Of a stretch of DNA of 64,000 nucleotides, positions 10,878 through 21,177 are shown piece by piece. The notes under the pieces are model-generated. The model was not told the DNA's origin. It saw nothing but the letters and a program-made list of their open reading frames with translations, and searched no databases. Each line of letters starts with the position of its first letter. Position 1 is the stretch's first letter. Origin of the DNA: Bacteroidota bacterium (lineage in GTDB: Bacteria; Bacteroidota; Bacteroidia; CAIKAF01); NCBI GenBank assembly GCA_016866335.1, contig VGMT01000010.1:3144-67143 (forward strand), read 5' to 3'. Both the position numbers and the translations under genes were made by a program.

Positions 10878-10962
10878 GGAGAGATGGCAGAGTGGTCGAT
10901 TGCGGCGGTCTTGAAAACCGTTGAGGGTTAAACCTCCGGGGGTTCGAATCCCTCTCTCTCCG
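10878..10962 (+). tRNA. tRNA-Ser(TGA)
   Basis: GGAGAGA/TCTCTCC acceptor stem; GCGGT-CTTGAAA-ACCGT anticodon arm; long variable arm; GGTTCGAATCC; TATTTTTG -7 element at 10866-10873. Confidence 0.96.
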
Positions 10963-10977
10963 CTGAGTAAAATAGCT

Positions 10978-11013
10978 AAAGCCTTGATAGACAACAGTTT
11001 ATCGAGGCTTTTT
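10978..11013 (+). terminator. Hairpin with T-run downstream of tRNA-Ser
   Basis: AAAGCCTTGATA...TATCGAGGCTTT followed by Ts. Confidence 0.6.
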
Positions 11014-11014
11014 C

Positions 11015-11050
11015 TTTTGGGGCAAGACAGTTTTTCGTTTTGGGGCAAGA
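11015..11050. repeat. 13-bp direct repeat TTTTGGGGCAAGA x2 (possible integrase arm-type sites)
   Basis: Exact copies at 11015-11027 and 11038-11050. Confidence 0.6.
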
Positions 11051-11052
11051 AA

Positions 11053-11643
11053 TTAGTCCATTAAAGCCTTCACTTTTTGTACCGTTCCGAGTGAAACTTG
11101 GCATCGCCCTGCAATATCTCGCAAGCTCTTATTCATCCTCAAGTAACGAACAACCTCTTTATACCTATTCATTACAATCTCCCTACTCTCAGTAGTGCCT
11201 TTTATTCTGCCCTTGTAAACCCCTTTCTTTTTGGCTTCAGCAATACCTTCGAGCTGGCGTTCGCGTAAAGTGGCTCTCTCCATTTCGCTAATGTTGGCAA
11301 GTACACTACCAATGAGCTTGAAGGTTGGATTTTCTTTACCATGTATCAAAGATTCAAGCCCCAAATTGTCAACCCTGAGTGTCACACCTAGCTTGTTCAG
11401 GGAATCAATTGTCTGGAGAACATCAATTGTATTTCTACCCAGACGGTCAATACTACTGACACTTAGGTAATGTATCTGATTCTCCCGAATCTTTTGCATT
11501 AACAGTTGAGCTTGTTCACGGCTTGCAAATGGTGTAGTTCCACTTACTCTGTCAATAAAGACAATTTCATCTGGGTGCTGACGAGCTAATTGTCGTGCTT
11601 CATTTTGGTTTAGTGTACTTGTACGGATATACCTAGCTTTCAT
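11053..11643 (-). CDS. Serine recombinase (resolvase/invertase family)
   Basis: YIRTST catalytic motif; SIDRLGRN; ERQLEGIAEAK..YKGR; C-terminal HTH. Confidence 0.93.
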   Translation of the reverse strand: MKARYIRTSTLNQNEARQLARQHPDEIVFIDRVSGTTPFASREQAQLLMQKIRENQIHYLSVSSIDRLGRNTIDVLQTIDSLNKLGVTLRVDNLGLESLIHGKENPTFKLIGSVLANISEMERATLRERQLEGIAEAKKKGVYKGRIKGTTESREIVMNRYKEVVRYLRMNKSLRDIAGRCQVSLGTVQKVKALMD

Positions 11644-11952
11644 ACTCACATTGATTTATGATGCAAATTTACAGCAAATAAATTTAATGTGCTATTTTTA
11701 GGGTGGTTATTTTTAGTACACCTATATCATACCCAAACCCCTCAAATATGAGCCGAAGGTTATATTACAGTTTGATTATACCCTAATTTAGTACACTCCA
11801 ATACTGACCGCAAAATTTTCTCCGAGAAATTTTTTATGATACTCGTTTTGCATAGAAAACAGGGTCATTTTTATATTTTGAGGATTTGACATCCCTATTT
11901 ATCCGTTTTCACCAGGGAGGAAGGACGGGATACCCCAAGGAGGTCGGGGGGG

Positions 11953-12915
11953 CTATTTCAGATAACCCTGCTGAATGCTCATCAGCAGATTTACATAACC
12001 ATCAATTATAACAGTTAAGCTGTTTGTTATAAAGTCCTCCAATACCTCCCGTTCTTCACTATCACAACTATTCAACTCCAGAATGCGTTCTTTCACCCGA
12101 ATGGCTAGCACATTACTCATGTCTATGTGGAATGAGGCTTCTCCAACATTGTGAAATGGGATTTTTGTTTCTTGGGCATCGGTTATGCTGTGTTGTACGG
12201 CATAGGTTCCAGCACTGCTCCACTGAACGCTGGGATTGGCACTAGATGAACTGGCTGGATTCCCGTTTTGAAAAAGCCAAGAATGCGTTATGCCTTGCCC
12301 CGTTAAATTAGGCAGGCATTGGGTGCTGTAGTTGGTTCCTGTAGGGTTGGGATTGATGCTAAATGTGCTGTCGGGAGCCTGAACCAAAACCGATAACGAG
12401 CGTATGGGTGAATTCCCACAGCCATTTTGAGCCTGCACAGTTACCGTTCCGCTGTTAACCGTAAAATTCACCACAATTGAGGTGTCGTTGTTGGTCCCTT
12501 GGACCGTTCCTTCAGGGGCTTCCATTCAAGCATAACTGTTGGCCCCTGGAACCGAAGAAATGCTGTACACCTGAGCACTGGAATTTGGGCAGAGCTGAAC
12601 CGGTCCAGTTATGTTTCCCGGCTGGGCCGGTGGTTGACTGCAGTCGCAAACCACGTTACGCCAACTGTTGGGAATGTAAATTTGAAGGCATTTGGTGCTC
12701 GTATTGTAAATCTGAAGCCCCTCCACCGGATTTTGCAGAGCGTTCCGCTGGGCCGTGGTCAATTTGTTCACCAAAAACCCCTTGGCTGTATCGCTAAGCC
12801 GAAGTAAAACGGTCGAGGGAAGTCCGCCAGTGGTGTCACCTATAATTACGCCTTGAGAACGGATGTTGGTCCAGCCTAGCATCAGAACAAAGAGGATAGA
12901 AACTAGAATTTTCAT
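11953..12915 (-). pseudogene. Disrupted secreted PKD-domain protein, fused at its 3' end to an unrelated fragment
   Basis: Signal peptide; ORFs 12526-12915 and 11953-12525 are in frame across a single TGA where Trp is expected (ANSYA*); PKD motif WSSAGTYAV ends abruptly near 12171. Confidence 0.7.
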
Positions 12916-12999
12916 GACTTGGGTTTAGCTGTTGAGTATAACCGAAGGTATGCTTTTGTTTTTGACTTTAAAACAGATGCGTTTCTGTCATGAGCGGCC

Positions 13000-13139
13000 G
13001 CGGTAGGGATTGAACCAGGTAGCACGCAAAGGGGGCGGCGGTTGCCGCCGCGCGGCGAGGAGGCGACCTTGGGAGCCTCCGCAGCCCGCTGGCGGCCCGC
13101 CGGCCACGGCGGACTACCGGTGAAAGCCCGCAACCGCCC
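13000..13139 (+). repeat. Extended Flavo-1-like structured repeat, copy 1
   Basis: GGGATTGA..GGCGACCTTGGGAGCC..GAAAGCCCG. Confidence 0.75.
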
Positions 13140-13156
13140 AAAAAAACCTTTAAAAA

Positions 13157-16100
13157 TTAACTCCCCGCAGCCACCGAACTGGCCTTTTTAATCCGTTCCT
13201 GCCGCCCTTCGGGGTGAAACAAATCAAAAACAACAATGTAAATGCCCGTGCGCGCCTTGCTGCCATCGTCGGTCAAACCGTTCCAAATGAAATTACCCTG
13301 CTTGGAAAGGTAGGTGTGCGGAAGCAGGTTGCGAATGGTTCGACCCGCCGCGTCGTAAATGGTTATACTGCCCATATACCCCTCTTTATCAAGCATGTAG
13401 CTAATACCCATTTGATCATCAAATCCATCGTTGTTGGGCGAGAAAATGTCGGGCATGAGTTCAAAATCACTGACCGCGCTGCCGTATTCTCCATAATGAG
13501 AATTGCGGTAGCCCGGTGTGCCATAACCCACCGTTTGCGCCGCCGAGGTCCAGTTCATTGGATTTTGAGTGGGCAAAGTATAGGAAATACGCTCCATAGT
13601 AACCCCTTTAAAATCCTTCAACAACGAAAAATGATACTCTTTTTCATTGTATGCCAAAACATCAAGCAACTGCAATGAAATGTTTGAAATGCCCACCACT
13701 CCATCGGAATTGTTGTAGCTGGGCAACGAAGTCATGGTCCAAAAAGCCCTTGGGTCCGGACAAACATATTGCGACTGAATTGAACTTGGATCGGTAGTTA
13801 ACACCAGATACTGACCGGGGAAAAGGGTTAATGGCAAGCCATGGATTGATTTGGGATTGGTTACCGTTTTTGTCAGGGTATCTGCATTTGACAGAAACAA
13901 TGCCGAAAGGTCAACCGCAGCAGTTCCGTTGTGGTAAATCTCTACAAAATCCACTCCTGAATCTTTGGGATTGCTCAACACTTCATTGATCAGAATCCAG
14001 CCTGAATCGGGCTGTTGACCTTGTGCCAAGCGCACTGAATCCAAGCTTATGGGGTTTCCGGCACAATCTTCAACACCCAAAACCTTAATCCAAATTTCTT
14101 GGCCCATGCCAGGCCCGTTGGCCAAGACCAAACGCACGGTACTTAAATCAACACCTTCAAATTGGGCCTCTAATGGAAATCCGGGATTCCCCGGAAGGCT
14201 AAATTGAAAAATGTCTAGGGAATTGGGATTCAAGGCCTCTGAAAAATAAATACGGGCCGTATCGCCCCGGGTTCCGCTTCGAAGAATAAAGGGAATCAGG
14301 GCATCGGGATTTGATCCAGACACTGAATTTGGGCCGCCCGGAGTTCCGCCACGCGGATCAACGCTCGCCGTCCAATTGCTGGAACCGGCACAGGGGTTTG
14401 AAGGATCGCGCATTTCAAGCGACCAGCCTCCGTTGTCTTTTTTTACGTTGTTGCCATACCAAGATTCCAAATAGCTGAGGCTGTGTATCATGCGGCCCCA
14501 AGGATCGTGCAGACTTAGGGTCGTTCCTGCATTGGTCAGGCTCATGCTACCCGCTGCAAAAACGGGTATGCCAGCAAACAGTGGATTGTTGGAATACAAA
14601 CCCACATTCGATTCTCGAATAAGTAGGCCGAATCCATTGGCAGGCAATGTGCCTCCAGCCAAGGTATAGCTGCTGTTCCCAACCTTTAAAACCCAACCGT
14701 TCATAGGGACAGCAAAGGCGTTCGTGTTTTTGAGTTCTATATACTCTGTGGCGGGCAACTGAACGGGGCTGGTTTCCTTGGCCATGATTTCATGGATCAG
14801 GATTTCAAATGGAGCCGGGGTATAGTTTACCAATTCGATGGAATCGGGAACCGTAAGCTGATTTCCAGCACAATCTGAAACCCCCGATAAAGCTCTTAGC
14901 CATAGCGGTTGATTGCTGGGAATGGCTACCGAAAAAACCAACCTAAGCTGGTTGGGCGCAACCTGAATCGTGCTGTTTGGAATTCCTATTCCTGCCGACA
15001 ACTGAAAATCAGAAGGCTGAACCGTTGAAGCATCAATATTTTTGCTCAAGGTCAACAGCACCTGAGTTGCTGTTTCAACCACCGCATTGCTTAGCTCAAA
15101 GGGAATAACCACCGTAGAAAAAACGCTGTTAGGCCTACCCGGCGTACCGCCAATAAGGTCCATTGAAGCTTTCCAGTTGGGTGCATCGGAACAAAACTCG
15201 TTTGGATTCACTCGCTCAATGGAATATCCCCCATCGTCATTTGCAGGGTCGTTGTAATACGCCAAAGAATAGGTCAACTGGTCGATCAATACACCGTTCG
15301 AATCTTTCAATTCAAGGGTTGCCCCTCCGTTGGTTAAGGCCGTCCAAGCAGAAGGATAAAAAATGGGAGTTGAGGCAGGAAAATAACCCTGAGCCGCCGG
15401 GTCGGCAATGACCAAAAACGAATCGGGCAATATGCTGGCTCCGCTAAGCGACCGACTGCTGCTGCCCACCGTTAAGGTAAAACCCTGCAAAGAGAAGGGC
15501 AACGGTGTTCTGTTGTACAGTTCAATGTATTCAAATTCGGGCAAACCAAAACTGGGACTTGGGTCTGGGTACACCTCATTAAACACAATATCGCGTGACG
15601 ACACCTGAACCCAGGCAAAAGGCAGGGTTGTTTGAGCCATGGGATTTCCAGAGGCATCTGAAACCCCTGAAACCGTTATTTGATAGGCCTGATTCGATTG
15701 AATTGGGTTTGATAGGGTCAGGTCGATGGATTGTGCTCCAAACAACTGGGCCGAACTGGGATTTCCAATGCCATTTGAAATGGAATACTGAGTCAGGGCA
15801 TTGATGGAAGAAGGCAGCAAGGATTCGTTAAAGCCCAAGCGGACTTGGGTTGGCGACAAGGCTTGAGCCGAGGTTAAAACGGGTGGGATAACATCAGCAG
15901 GTCCTGAACCCGTAACCACCACATCGTCCAGAAAAATCTTATCGGAACGGGTCGAGCTGTACCTGCACCACCAACCGCTAAAAATAGAGCTAGTAAATTG
16001 AGCATCGGTGGCCGTACCAATGGTTTGAAAAGCGGTTCCACCGGTTGGATCGGCTTTCAGCGTCCAAAATCCAACATTGTCGCGCTCCAAACGCACGCGT

Positions 16101-16549
16101 ATTCGAACCGTGTCCACATTTAAATACGAAACAGGCGACGAAATTAAGGCCGTGCTGCTGCCATTGCTGATCCTGCCAAATCGAAGTTGATCGGTTCCCG
16201 CTCCAATTTCAACATAATACCCGTTAATGGCCGCAGTTAAATCGGCCCCATTCGAACACACATAAAAACGGGCATAATTGCTGGTAGAAGGATTAAAGTT
16301 GAATTGGGCATAAAACTCCCAACTTGCTAAATTTATGGCAATTGAATTGGTAGCCAAATAGCTGGTATTCGATGACCCTGGACTGGGATTCAGCAACTGA
16401 AGTTGCTTAGCTGCATTTACAGTAAACACGTTGGAATTACCAATCCAGGTTGGATTTTGAGTAAAATCACCATCGGTAAAATCATCGCTAAATTGCGCAG
16501 AAAGTGAAACCGAAAAGACCAGACAGCAGGCTAAAAAAATCCGATTCAT
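13157..16549 (-). CDS. Secreted lamin-tail-domain protein with gliding-motility (type B T9SS) C-terminal domain
   Basis: Three LTD-like repeats (FNEVYPDP..EYIELYN..GTPG); FSPNNDGFDD C-terminus; signal peptide. Confidence 0.85.
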   Translation of the reverse strand: MNRIFLACCLVFSVSLSAQFSDDFTDGDFTQNPTWIGNSNVFTVNAAKQLQLLNPSPGSSNTSYLATNSIAINLASWEFYAQFNFNPSTSNYARFYVCSNGADLTAAINGYYVEIGAGTDQLRFGRISNGSSTALISSPVSYLNVDTVRIRVRLERDNVGFWTLKADPTGGTAFQTIGTATDAQFTSSIFSGWWCRYSSTRSDKIFLDDVVVTGSGPADVIPPVLTSAQALSPTQVRLGFNESLLPSSINALTQYSISNGIGNPSSAQLFGAQSIDLTLSNPIQSNQAYQITVSGVSDASGNPMAQTTLPFAWVQVSSRDIVFNEVYPDPSPSFGLPEFEYIELYNRTPLPFSLQGFTLTVGSSSRSLSGASILPDSFLVIADPAAQGYFPASTPIFYPSAWTALTNGGATLELKDSNGVLIDQLTYSLAYYNDPANDDGGYSIERVNPNEFCSDAPNWKASMDLIGGTPGRPNSVFSTVVIPFELSNAVVETATQVLLTLSKNIDASTVQPSDFQLSAGIGIPNSTIQVAPNQLRLVFSVAIPSNQPLWLRALSGVSDCAGNQLTVPDSIELVNYTPAPFEILIHEIMAKETSPVQLPATEYIELKNTNAFAVPMNGWVLKVGNSSYTLAGGTLPANGFGLLIRESNVGLYSNNPLFAGIPVFAAGSMSLTNAGTTLSLHDPWGRMIHSLSYLESWYGNNVKKDNGGWSLEMRDPSNPCAGSSNWTASVDPRGGTPGGPNSVSGSNPDALIPFILRSGTRGDTARIYFSEALNPNSLDIFQFSLPGNPGFPLEAQFEGVDLSTVRLVLANGPGMGQEIWIKVLGVEDCAGNPISLDSVRLAQGQQPDSGWILINEVLSNPKDSGVDFVEIYHNGTAAVDLSALFLSNADTLTKTVTNPKSIHGLPLTLFPGQYLVLTTDPSSIQSQYVCPDPRAFWTMTSLPSYNNSDGVVGISNISLQLLDVLAYNEKEYHFSLLKDFKGVTMERISYTLPTQNPMNWTSAAQTVGYGTPGYRNSHYGEYGSAVSDFELMPDIFSPNNDGFDDQMGISYMLDKEGYMGSITIYDAAGRTIRNLLPHTYLSKQGNFIWNGLTDDGSKARTGIYIVVFDLFHPEGRQERIKKASSVAAGS

Positions 16550-16646
16550 AGCGGAGGGCTTGTGTGCAAATGTACGCAATGGACTTTAGTTCGAGATTAA
16601 AAAAGGGCTCAGGTAAGAAATTGATAAAGGTTGGGGGGAGTTTTGG

Positions 16647-16786
16647 GGCGCTTTCCGGCTTTCCGCTGTAGCTCGTTTGCCCCGAGCTTTTCAGTGCGGC
16701 CGGGGGCGTGGCTCCCAAATTCGCCCGCCCCCGACCCACCGAAATAAGCCCGCGGCGGCACTCTCTGCCGCTGCAATCCGGGCGCC
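16647..16786 (-). repeat. Extended Flavo-1-like structured repeat, copy 2
   Basis: Minus strand CGGATTGCAGCGG..GGCGAATTTGGGAGCC..TACAGCGGAAAGCCGG. Confidence 0.75.
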
Positions 16787-16888
16787 AAACGGCCTGCTTA
16801 ATTCGGCCTGTGATGTTTGGTTTGTTTTCCATGTTGTGGAATTTGATACTTTTGATTTGTTCTTGGTAAAAATTAACCTAAGGTTAAC

Positions 16889-17878
16889 ATGAAGATAGCC
16901 GTTGTAGGGGCCACCGGATTGGTTGGCAGGCAAATGATCTCCGTTCTGTCCGAACGAGGTGTGGAATGCTCGGAACTTATTCCCGTGGCTTCCGAACGGT
17001 CGGCCGGAAAATCCCTCTCTTTTCAAGGAAAAAATGTTCCCATCGTATCCTTAGATCAAGCCCTAAGCATGCAGCCCGATTACGCTCTGTTTTCGGCCGG
17101 AAGCAGTATTTCGTTGGAATATGCCGAAAAATTTAGCGGCATAGGCTGTTGCGTCATCGACAATTCATCGGCTTGGCGCATGGACCAAAACGTTCCTTTG
17201 ATTATTCCCGAGGTAAATGGCTATGCGCTCACGGGGCATGAACGCCTTATCGCCAATCCCAATTGCTCAACCATTCAGTTGTTGGTGGCCTTAGCCCCCA
17301 TACACCGCTCCTTCGGCATTCGCCGCATGGTGGTGGTTACCTTTCAATCTGTTTCCGGCGCCGGTAAAAAGGGCTACGACCAATGGATGGGCGAATTAAA
17401 AGGAAACGAAAACAGACCTAAAGCTTTTCCCCACCCCATTCACGGAAACGTTATTCCTCAATGCGACAGTTTTGAATCGGACGATTTTACCAAGGAAGAG
17501 CATAAATTGATTCGGGAAACCAAAAAAATTCTAAACGATTTCTCCATCCTTATCGCTCCCACCTGCACCCGGGTTCCCGTAGCCGTTGGGCACAGCGAAG
17601 CAGTAACCTGCGAATTGTTTCGCCCCTTTGAAATTCAGCAGCTTCTTGAAACCTTCCAAAAAGCGCCAGGAGTAACCGTGTTCGACAACCCTGAAAATGG
17701 AGCCTATCCCATGCCCCTTGACGTGGCTGGAAACGATGAGGTTTTTGTAGGTCGGGTTCGCCGAGACAATACCCAAACGCATGGCTTTCACTGTTGGATT
17801 GTGGGCGACAACCTGCGCAAAGGCGCCGCCACCAACGCAGTTCAAATATTGGAGTTGATGATCAAGAAAAGCAGTTGA
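16889..17878 (+). CDS. asd: Aspartate-semialdehyde dehydrogenase
   Basis: GATGLVG; IDNSSAWRM; IANPNCSTIQ; DNLRKGAATNAVQI. Confidence 0.96.
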   Translation: MKIAVVGATGLVGRQMISVLSERGVECSELIPVASERSAGKSLSFQGKNVPIVSLDQALSMQPDYALFSAGSSISLEYAEKFSGIGCCVIDNSSAWRMDQNVPLIIPEVNGYALTGHERLIANPNCSTIQLLVALAPIHRSFGIRRMVVVTFQSVSGAGKKGYDQWMGELKGNENRPKAFPHPIHGNVIPQCDSFESDDFTKEEHKLIRETKKILNDFSILIAPTCTRVPVAVGHSEAVTCELFRPFEIQQLLETFQKAPGVTVFDNPENGAYPMPLDVAGNDEVFVGRVRRDNTQTHGFHCWIVGDNLRKGAATNAVQILELMIKKSS

Positions 17879-18003
17879 TAGCTTTGTGTGGATTCCAACT
17901 CACTTAGGCATTGAAAGCCTGACTCTATACTTTCTAAATCTAAAACGCTCAAAGCGTTTGCATGGAAAAAAGCTCGCGGGCCCCTCAAGAAAAGATTGAA
18001 AAA

Positions 18004-18477
18004 CTATTGAATCGGCGATATAGACAAATCAAATCGGCCTTCTGAAATGGAAATGGAATCTCCATTGGCGTTGAAAACCCGCAATTCAAAATCACCCGCG
18101 ATGTGACCTTGGTCTGTAGAGCTTGGTGCTTTGTAATGCCGCACAATCAAACTGCCAGGGCGGTTGGGAATGGCCCTATAACCAGAGGCTACCGTATTTC
18201 CTAACAATAATGCGTTGTTGGTTGAATCCAAGGCAAAGGTATCTACATCGGCAAATTGGGTCAATCGCATTGAAATGGGTAAAAAATCACGGCTTTCGGC
18301 GTTGATGTACAAAGCGCTGTCGCCACCAATCGCAGCAAAGGCATACGCGTCGCTGCGCCAAAATTGCCCATCAACTACCGCGTTTACCCCACTAAAAGAA
18401 TCTCCGCATGAGCTGAACTGAAAAACCAACATAAAGCCGGCCGAAACGCCCAGTAAAATGCTTACTAACCGATTCAT
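18004..18477 (-). CDS. Hypothetical lipoprotein (DUF6252-like)
   Basis: Lipobox FSSC; AVVDGQFW..ISISEGRFD; ATGA overlap with the upstream dehydrogenase stop. Confidence 0.6.
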   Translation of the reverse strand: MNRLVSILLGVSAGFMLVFQFSSCGDSFSGVNAVVDGQFWRSDAYAFAAIGGDSALYINAESRDFLPISMRLTQFADVDTFALDSTNNALLLGNTVASGYRAIPNRPGSLIVRHYKAPSSTDQGHIAGDFELRVFNANGDSISISEGRFDLSISPIQ

Positions 18478-19652
18478 ACAAAAGCATTGATGCCGGTAAT
18501 ATCCAGGCCGGTGATCAACAAATGTATATCGTGGGTTCCTTCGTAGGTTACCACCGATTCTAGGTTCATCATGTGCCGCATTATGGGATACTCTCCGGTA
18601 ATTCCCATACCTCCTAAAATTTGCCTTGCATCCCTTGCTACCTCTAAGGCCAAGGCCACGTTGTTCCGCTTGGCCATTGAAATCTGGGCCGGATTCGCCC
18701 GGTTTTCGTTTTTCAAGGTACCCAAGCGCCAAACCAACAGCTGGGCTTTGGTAATTTCAGTAATCATTTCGGCCAATTTTTTCTGCTGCAATTGAAACGA
18801 GGCAATGGGTTTTCCAAATTGAATGCGTTCTCCGGCATACCTTAATGCTGTATCGTAGCAGTCCAAAGCTGCCCCTAAAGCTCCCCATGCTATGCCATAT
18901 CTGGCGCTGTTCAAACAGCTTAAAGGCCCTTTTAATCCTTTCACATTGGGCAGCAAATTTTCTTTGGGCACCCGCACGTTGTCGAACACCAACTCTCCTG
19001 TAGCCGAAGCCCTGAGGGACCATTTTCCATGGGTTTCAGGGGTGCTGAATCCCTGCATACCCCGCTCTACAATCAATCCACGAACCACTCCTGTTTCATC
19101 TTTCGCCCAAACAACCGCTATGTCGCAAAAAGGAGCATTCGATATCCACATTTTTGAACCGTTCAACAAATAATGGTCGCCCATGTCTTTGAAATGGCTT
19201 ACCATGCTGCCCGGATCGGAACCATGGTTGGGTTCGGTCAATCCAAAAGCGCCCATAAATTCACCGGTAGCCAACTTTGGCAGATACTTCTGCCGCTGTT
19301 CTTCGCTGCCAAAGGTGTAAATAGGATACATAACCAAAGAGGACTGCACCGAGGCGGTTGAACGGATTCCTGAATCGCCCCGCTCCAATTCCTGCATAAT
19401 AATACCATAGGATATCTGGTCTAATCCCTGACCACCATATTCTACCGGAATGTAAGGACCAAAAGCGCCCACCTCGGCAAGTCCTTTTAGCAATTGCTTA
19501 GGAAATTCTGCCCGTTGAGCATAATCCTCAATAATGGGTGTTACCTCCTTCTTCACAAAAGCCCGAACCGTTTCCCGAATCAGCTGGTGCTCATCGGTCA
19601 GCAGTTCTTCTACCAAATAATAGTCGTGGTACTGAAAACGGTCTTGGTACAT
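18474..19652 (-). CDS. Acyl-CoA dehydrogenase (glutaryl-CoA dehydrogenase-like)
   Basis: FGLTEPNHGSDP; GSKMWISN; TYEGTHDIH. Confidence 0.92.
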   Translation of the reverse strand: MYQDRFQYHDYYLVEELLTDEHQLIRETVRAFVKKEVTPIIEDYAQRAEFPKQLLKGLAEVGAFGPYIPVEYGGQGLDQISYGIIMQELERGDSGIRSTASVQSSLVMYPIYTFGSEEQRQKYLPKLATGEFMGAFGLTEPNHGSDPGSMVSHFKDMGDHYLLNGSKMWISNAPFCDIAVVWAKDETGVVRGLIVERGMQGFSTPETHGKWSLRASATGELVFDNVRVPKENLLPNVKGLKGPLSCLNSARYGIAWGALGAALDCYDTALRYAGERIQFGKPIASFQLQQKKLAEMITEITKAQLLVWRLGTLKNENRANPAQISMAKRNNVALALEVARDARQILGGMGITGEYPIMRHMMNLESVVTYEGTHDIHLLITGLDITGINAFV

Positions 19653-19663
19653 GGTTTCTGGGT

Positions 19664-20713
19664 TTAAAGAATAAGCATTGCGTCGCCGTAACTTAAAAAT
19701 CGATATTTCTCTTTAATGGCTTCTTTGTAGGCCTCGTGCATTAAATCTAAACCGGTAAAGGCCGAAACCATCATAAATAAGGTAGATTCAGACCGATGGA
19801 AATTGGTTAGCAACGAATTGGCTACGCTGAAATCGTAAGGAGGAAAAATAAATTTATTGGTCCAGCCCTCGTAGCTCTTCAACAAGCCATCGGTTGAAAC
19901 CGAACTTTCAATGGCACGCAACACGCTGGTATCAACTGCACAAACCCGCCTTTTTGCCAATCTAGACTGATTCACAACCTCCACAGCCGAAGCAGGAATG
20001 ATGCATTCCTCTGAATCCATTTTATGCTTGGTTAGGTCTTCGACCTCGACCGGGCGAAAAGCGCCCAAACCCAAATGCAAAGTCAAATAGGCAAAATTCA
20101 CCCCGTTGATTTCAAGGCGCTTCATCAATTGCTTTGAAAGATGTAGGCCTCCGGTAGGAGCTGCAACAGCACCAACTTTGCTGGCGTAAATGGTTTGATA
20201 CCGCTCACGGTCTTCGGGTTCCACCGGCCGATCAATGTACTTGGGCAAAGGAGTTTCACCTAAATCCAACAGCATGGTCCGGAAGTCCTCGGAGTTTCCA
20301 TCGAACAAAAAGCGTAGGGTTCTTCCGCGTGAGGTGGTGTTGTCAATGACTTCAGCCACCAAGGAATCGTCCTCGCCGAAATACAATTTGTTTCCAATTC
20401 GAATTTTACGGGCTGGATCTACCAAAACATCCCACAACTTGCTTTCAGGATCCAATTCCCGTAGCAAAAACACCTCAATCTGAGCCCCTGTTTTTTCTTT
20501 ATTACCATACAAGCGCGAAGGGAAAACAGCAGTATCGTTCAATATCATGCAATCGCCCTCCGTAAAATACTCGGTCATGTCGCGAACAAGTCTGTGTTCT
20601 ATGCTTCCGGTTTGTCGGTTTACCACCAACATTCTGGCTTCGTCGCGATTGGGAGCAGGATATTGTGCAAAAAGTTCTTCGGGTTCTTTATAACGGAAAT
20701 GAGATAATTTCAT
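19664..20713 (-). CDS. queA: S-adenosylmethionine:tRNA ribosyltransferase-isomerase
   Basis: [39 protein letters not shown]. Confidence 0.95.
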   Translation of the reverse strand: MKLSHFRYKEPEELFAQYPAPNRDEARMLVVNRQTGSIEHRLVRDMTEYFTEGDCMILNDTAVFPSRLYGNKEKTGAQIEVFLLRELDPESKLWDVLVDPARKIRIGNKLYFGEDDSLVAEVIDNTTSRGRTLRFLFDGNSEDFRTMLLDLGETPLPKYIDRPVEPEDRERYQTIYASKVGAVAAPTGGLHLSKQLMKRLEINGVNFAYLTLHLGLGAFRPVEVEDLTKHKMDSEECIIPASAVEVVNQSRLAKRRVCAVDTSVLRAIESSVSTDGLLKSYEGWTNKFIFPPYDFSVANSLLTNFHRSESTLFMMVSAFTGLDLMHEAYKEAIKEKYRFLSYGDAMLIL

Positions 20714-20852
20714 GTACCTTTCTTAAGTAGTTAACACAATTAGGGTGCAAAATTAGTAAAAGGTAAGCCAATGCAATAAATTAATTAAGGTATTTCTGCG
20801 GAATTGGGTAATTTTGAGCAATACATATTTTATAAACCAAAATTTAAAGCCC

Positions 20853-21125
20853 ATGGTTCAGTCCACTCAGCGCTTTTTTGCTCTTTTTTTGGGTTCAGGT
20901 TTTTTTTTCAGTTCTTTAATATGGCAGGGTTGCTCAGACAATTGCCCCGACCGAGTCTCGGCCTGCACCGATTCTCCGCCAACAACTGAACTTTGCCTAG
21001 CCTATTTTCAACGCTGGTTTTTTGATGCCTCTACCAACCAATGCCAGCAAATTGGGTACGGCGGTTGTGGGCAATATGGCTTTGCCACCCAAGCTGAATG
21101 CGAGGCTTGTCGGTGCTCAGATTAG
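20853..21125 (+). CDS. Small lipoprotein with BPTI/Kunitz-like domain
   Basis: Lipobox WQGC; C..CLAYFQRWFFD....C....YGGC..F.T..EC..C pattern. Confidence 0.75.
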   Translation: MVQSTQRFFALFLGSGFFFSSLIWQGCSDNCPDRVSACTDSPPTTELCLAYFQRWFFDASTNQCQQIGYGGCGQYGFATQAECEACRCSD

Positions 21126-21177
21126 CTTAATCACGCATGTTGCGTGTATTAATCCTACCTTTGCTGAAAATTAACCG

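Noticed and set aside
12526..12528. TGA recoded as Trp or Sec
   Set aside because: TGA is an ordinary stop in many genes here, and this gene is also truncated.
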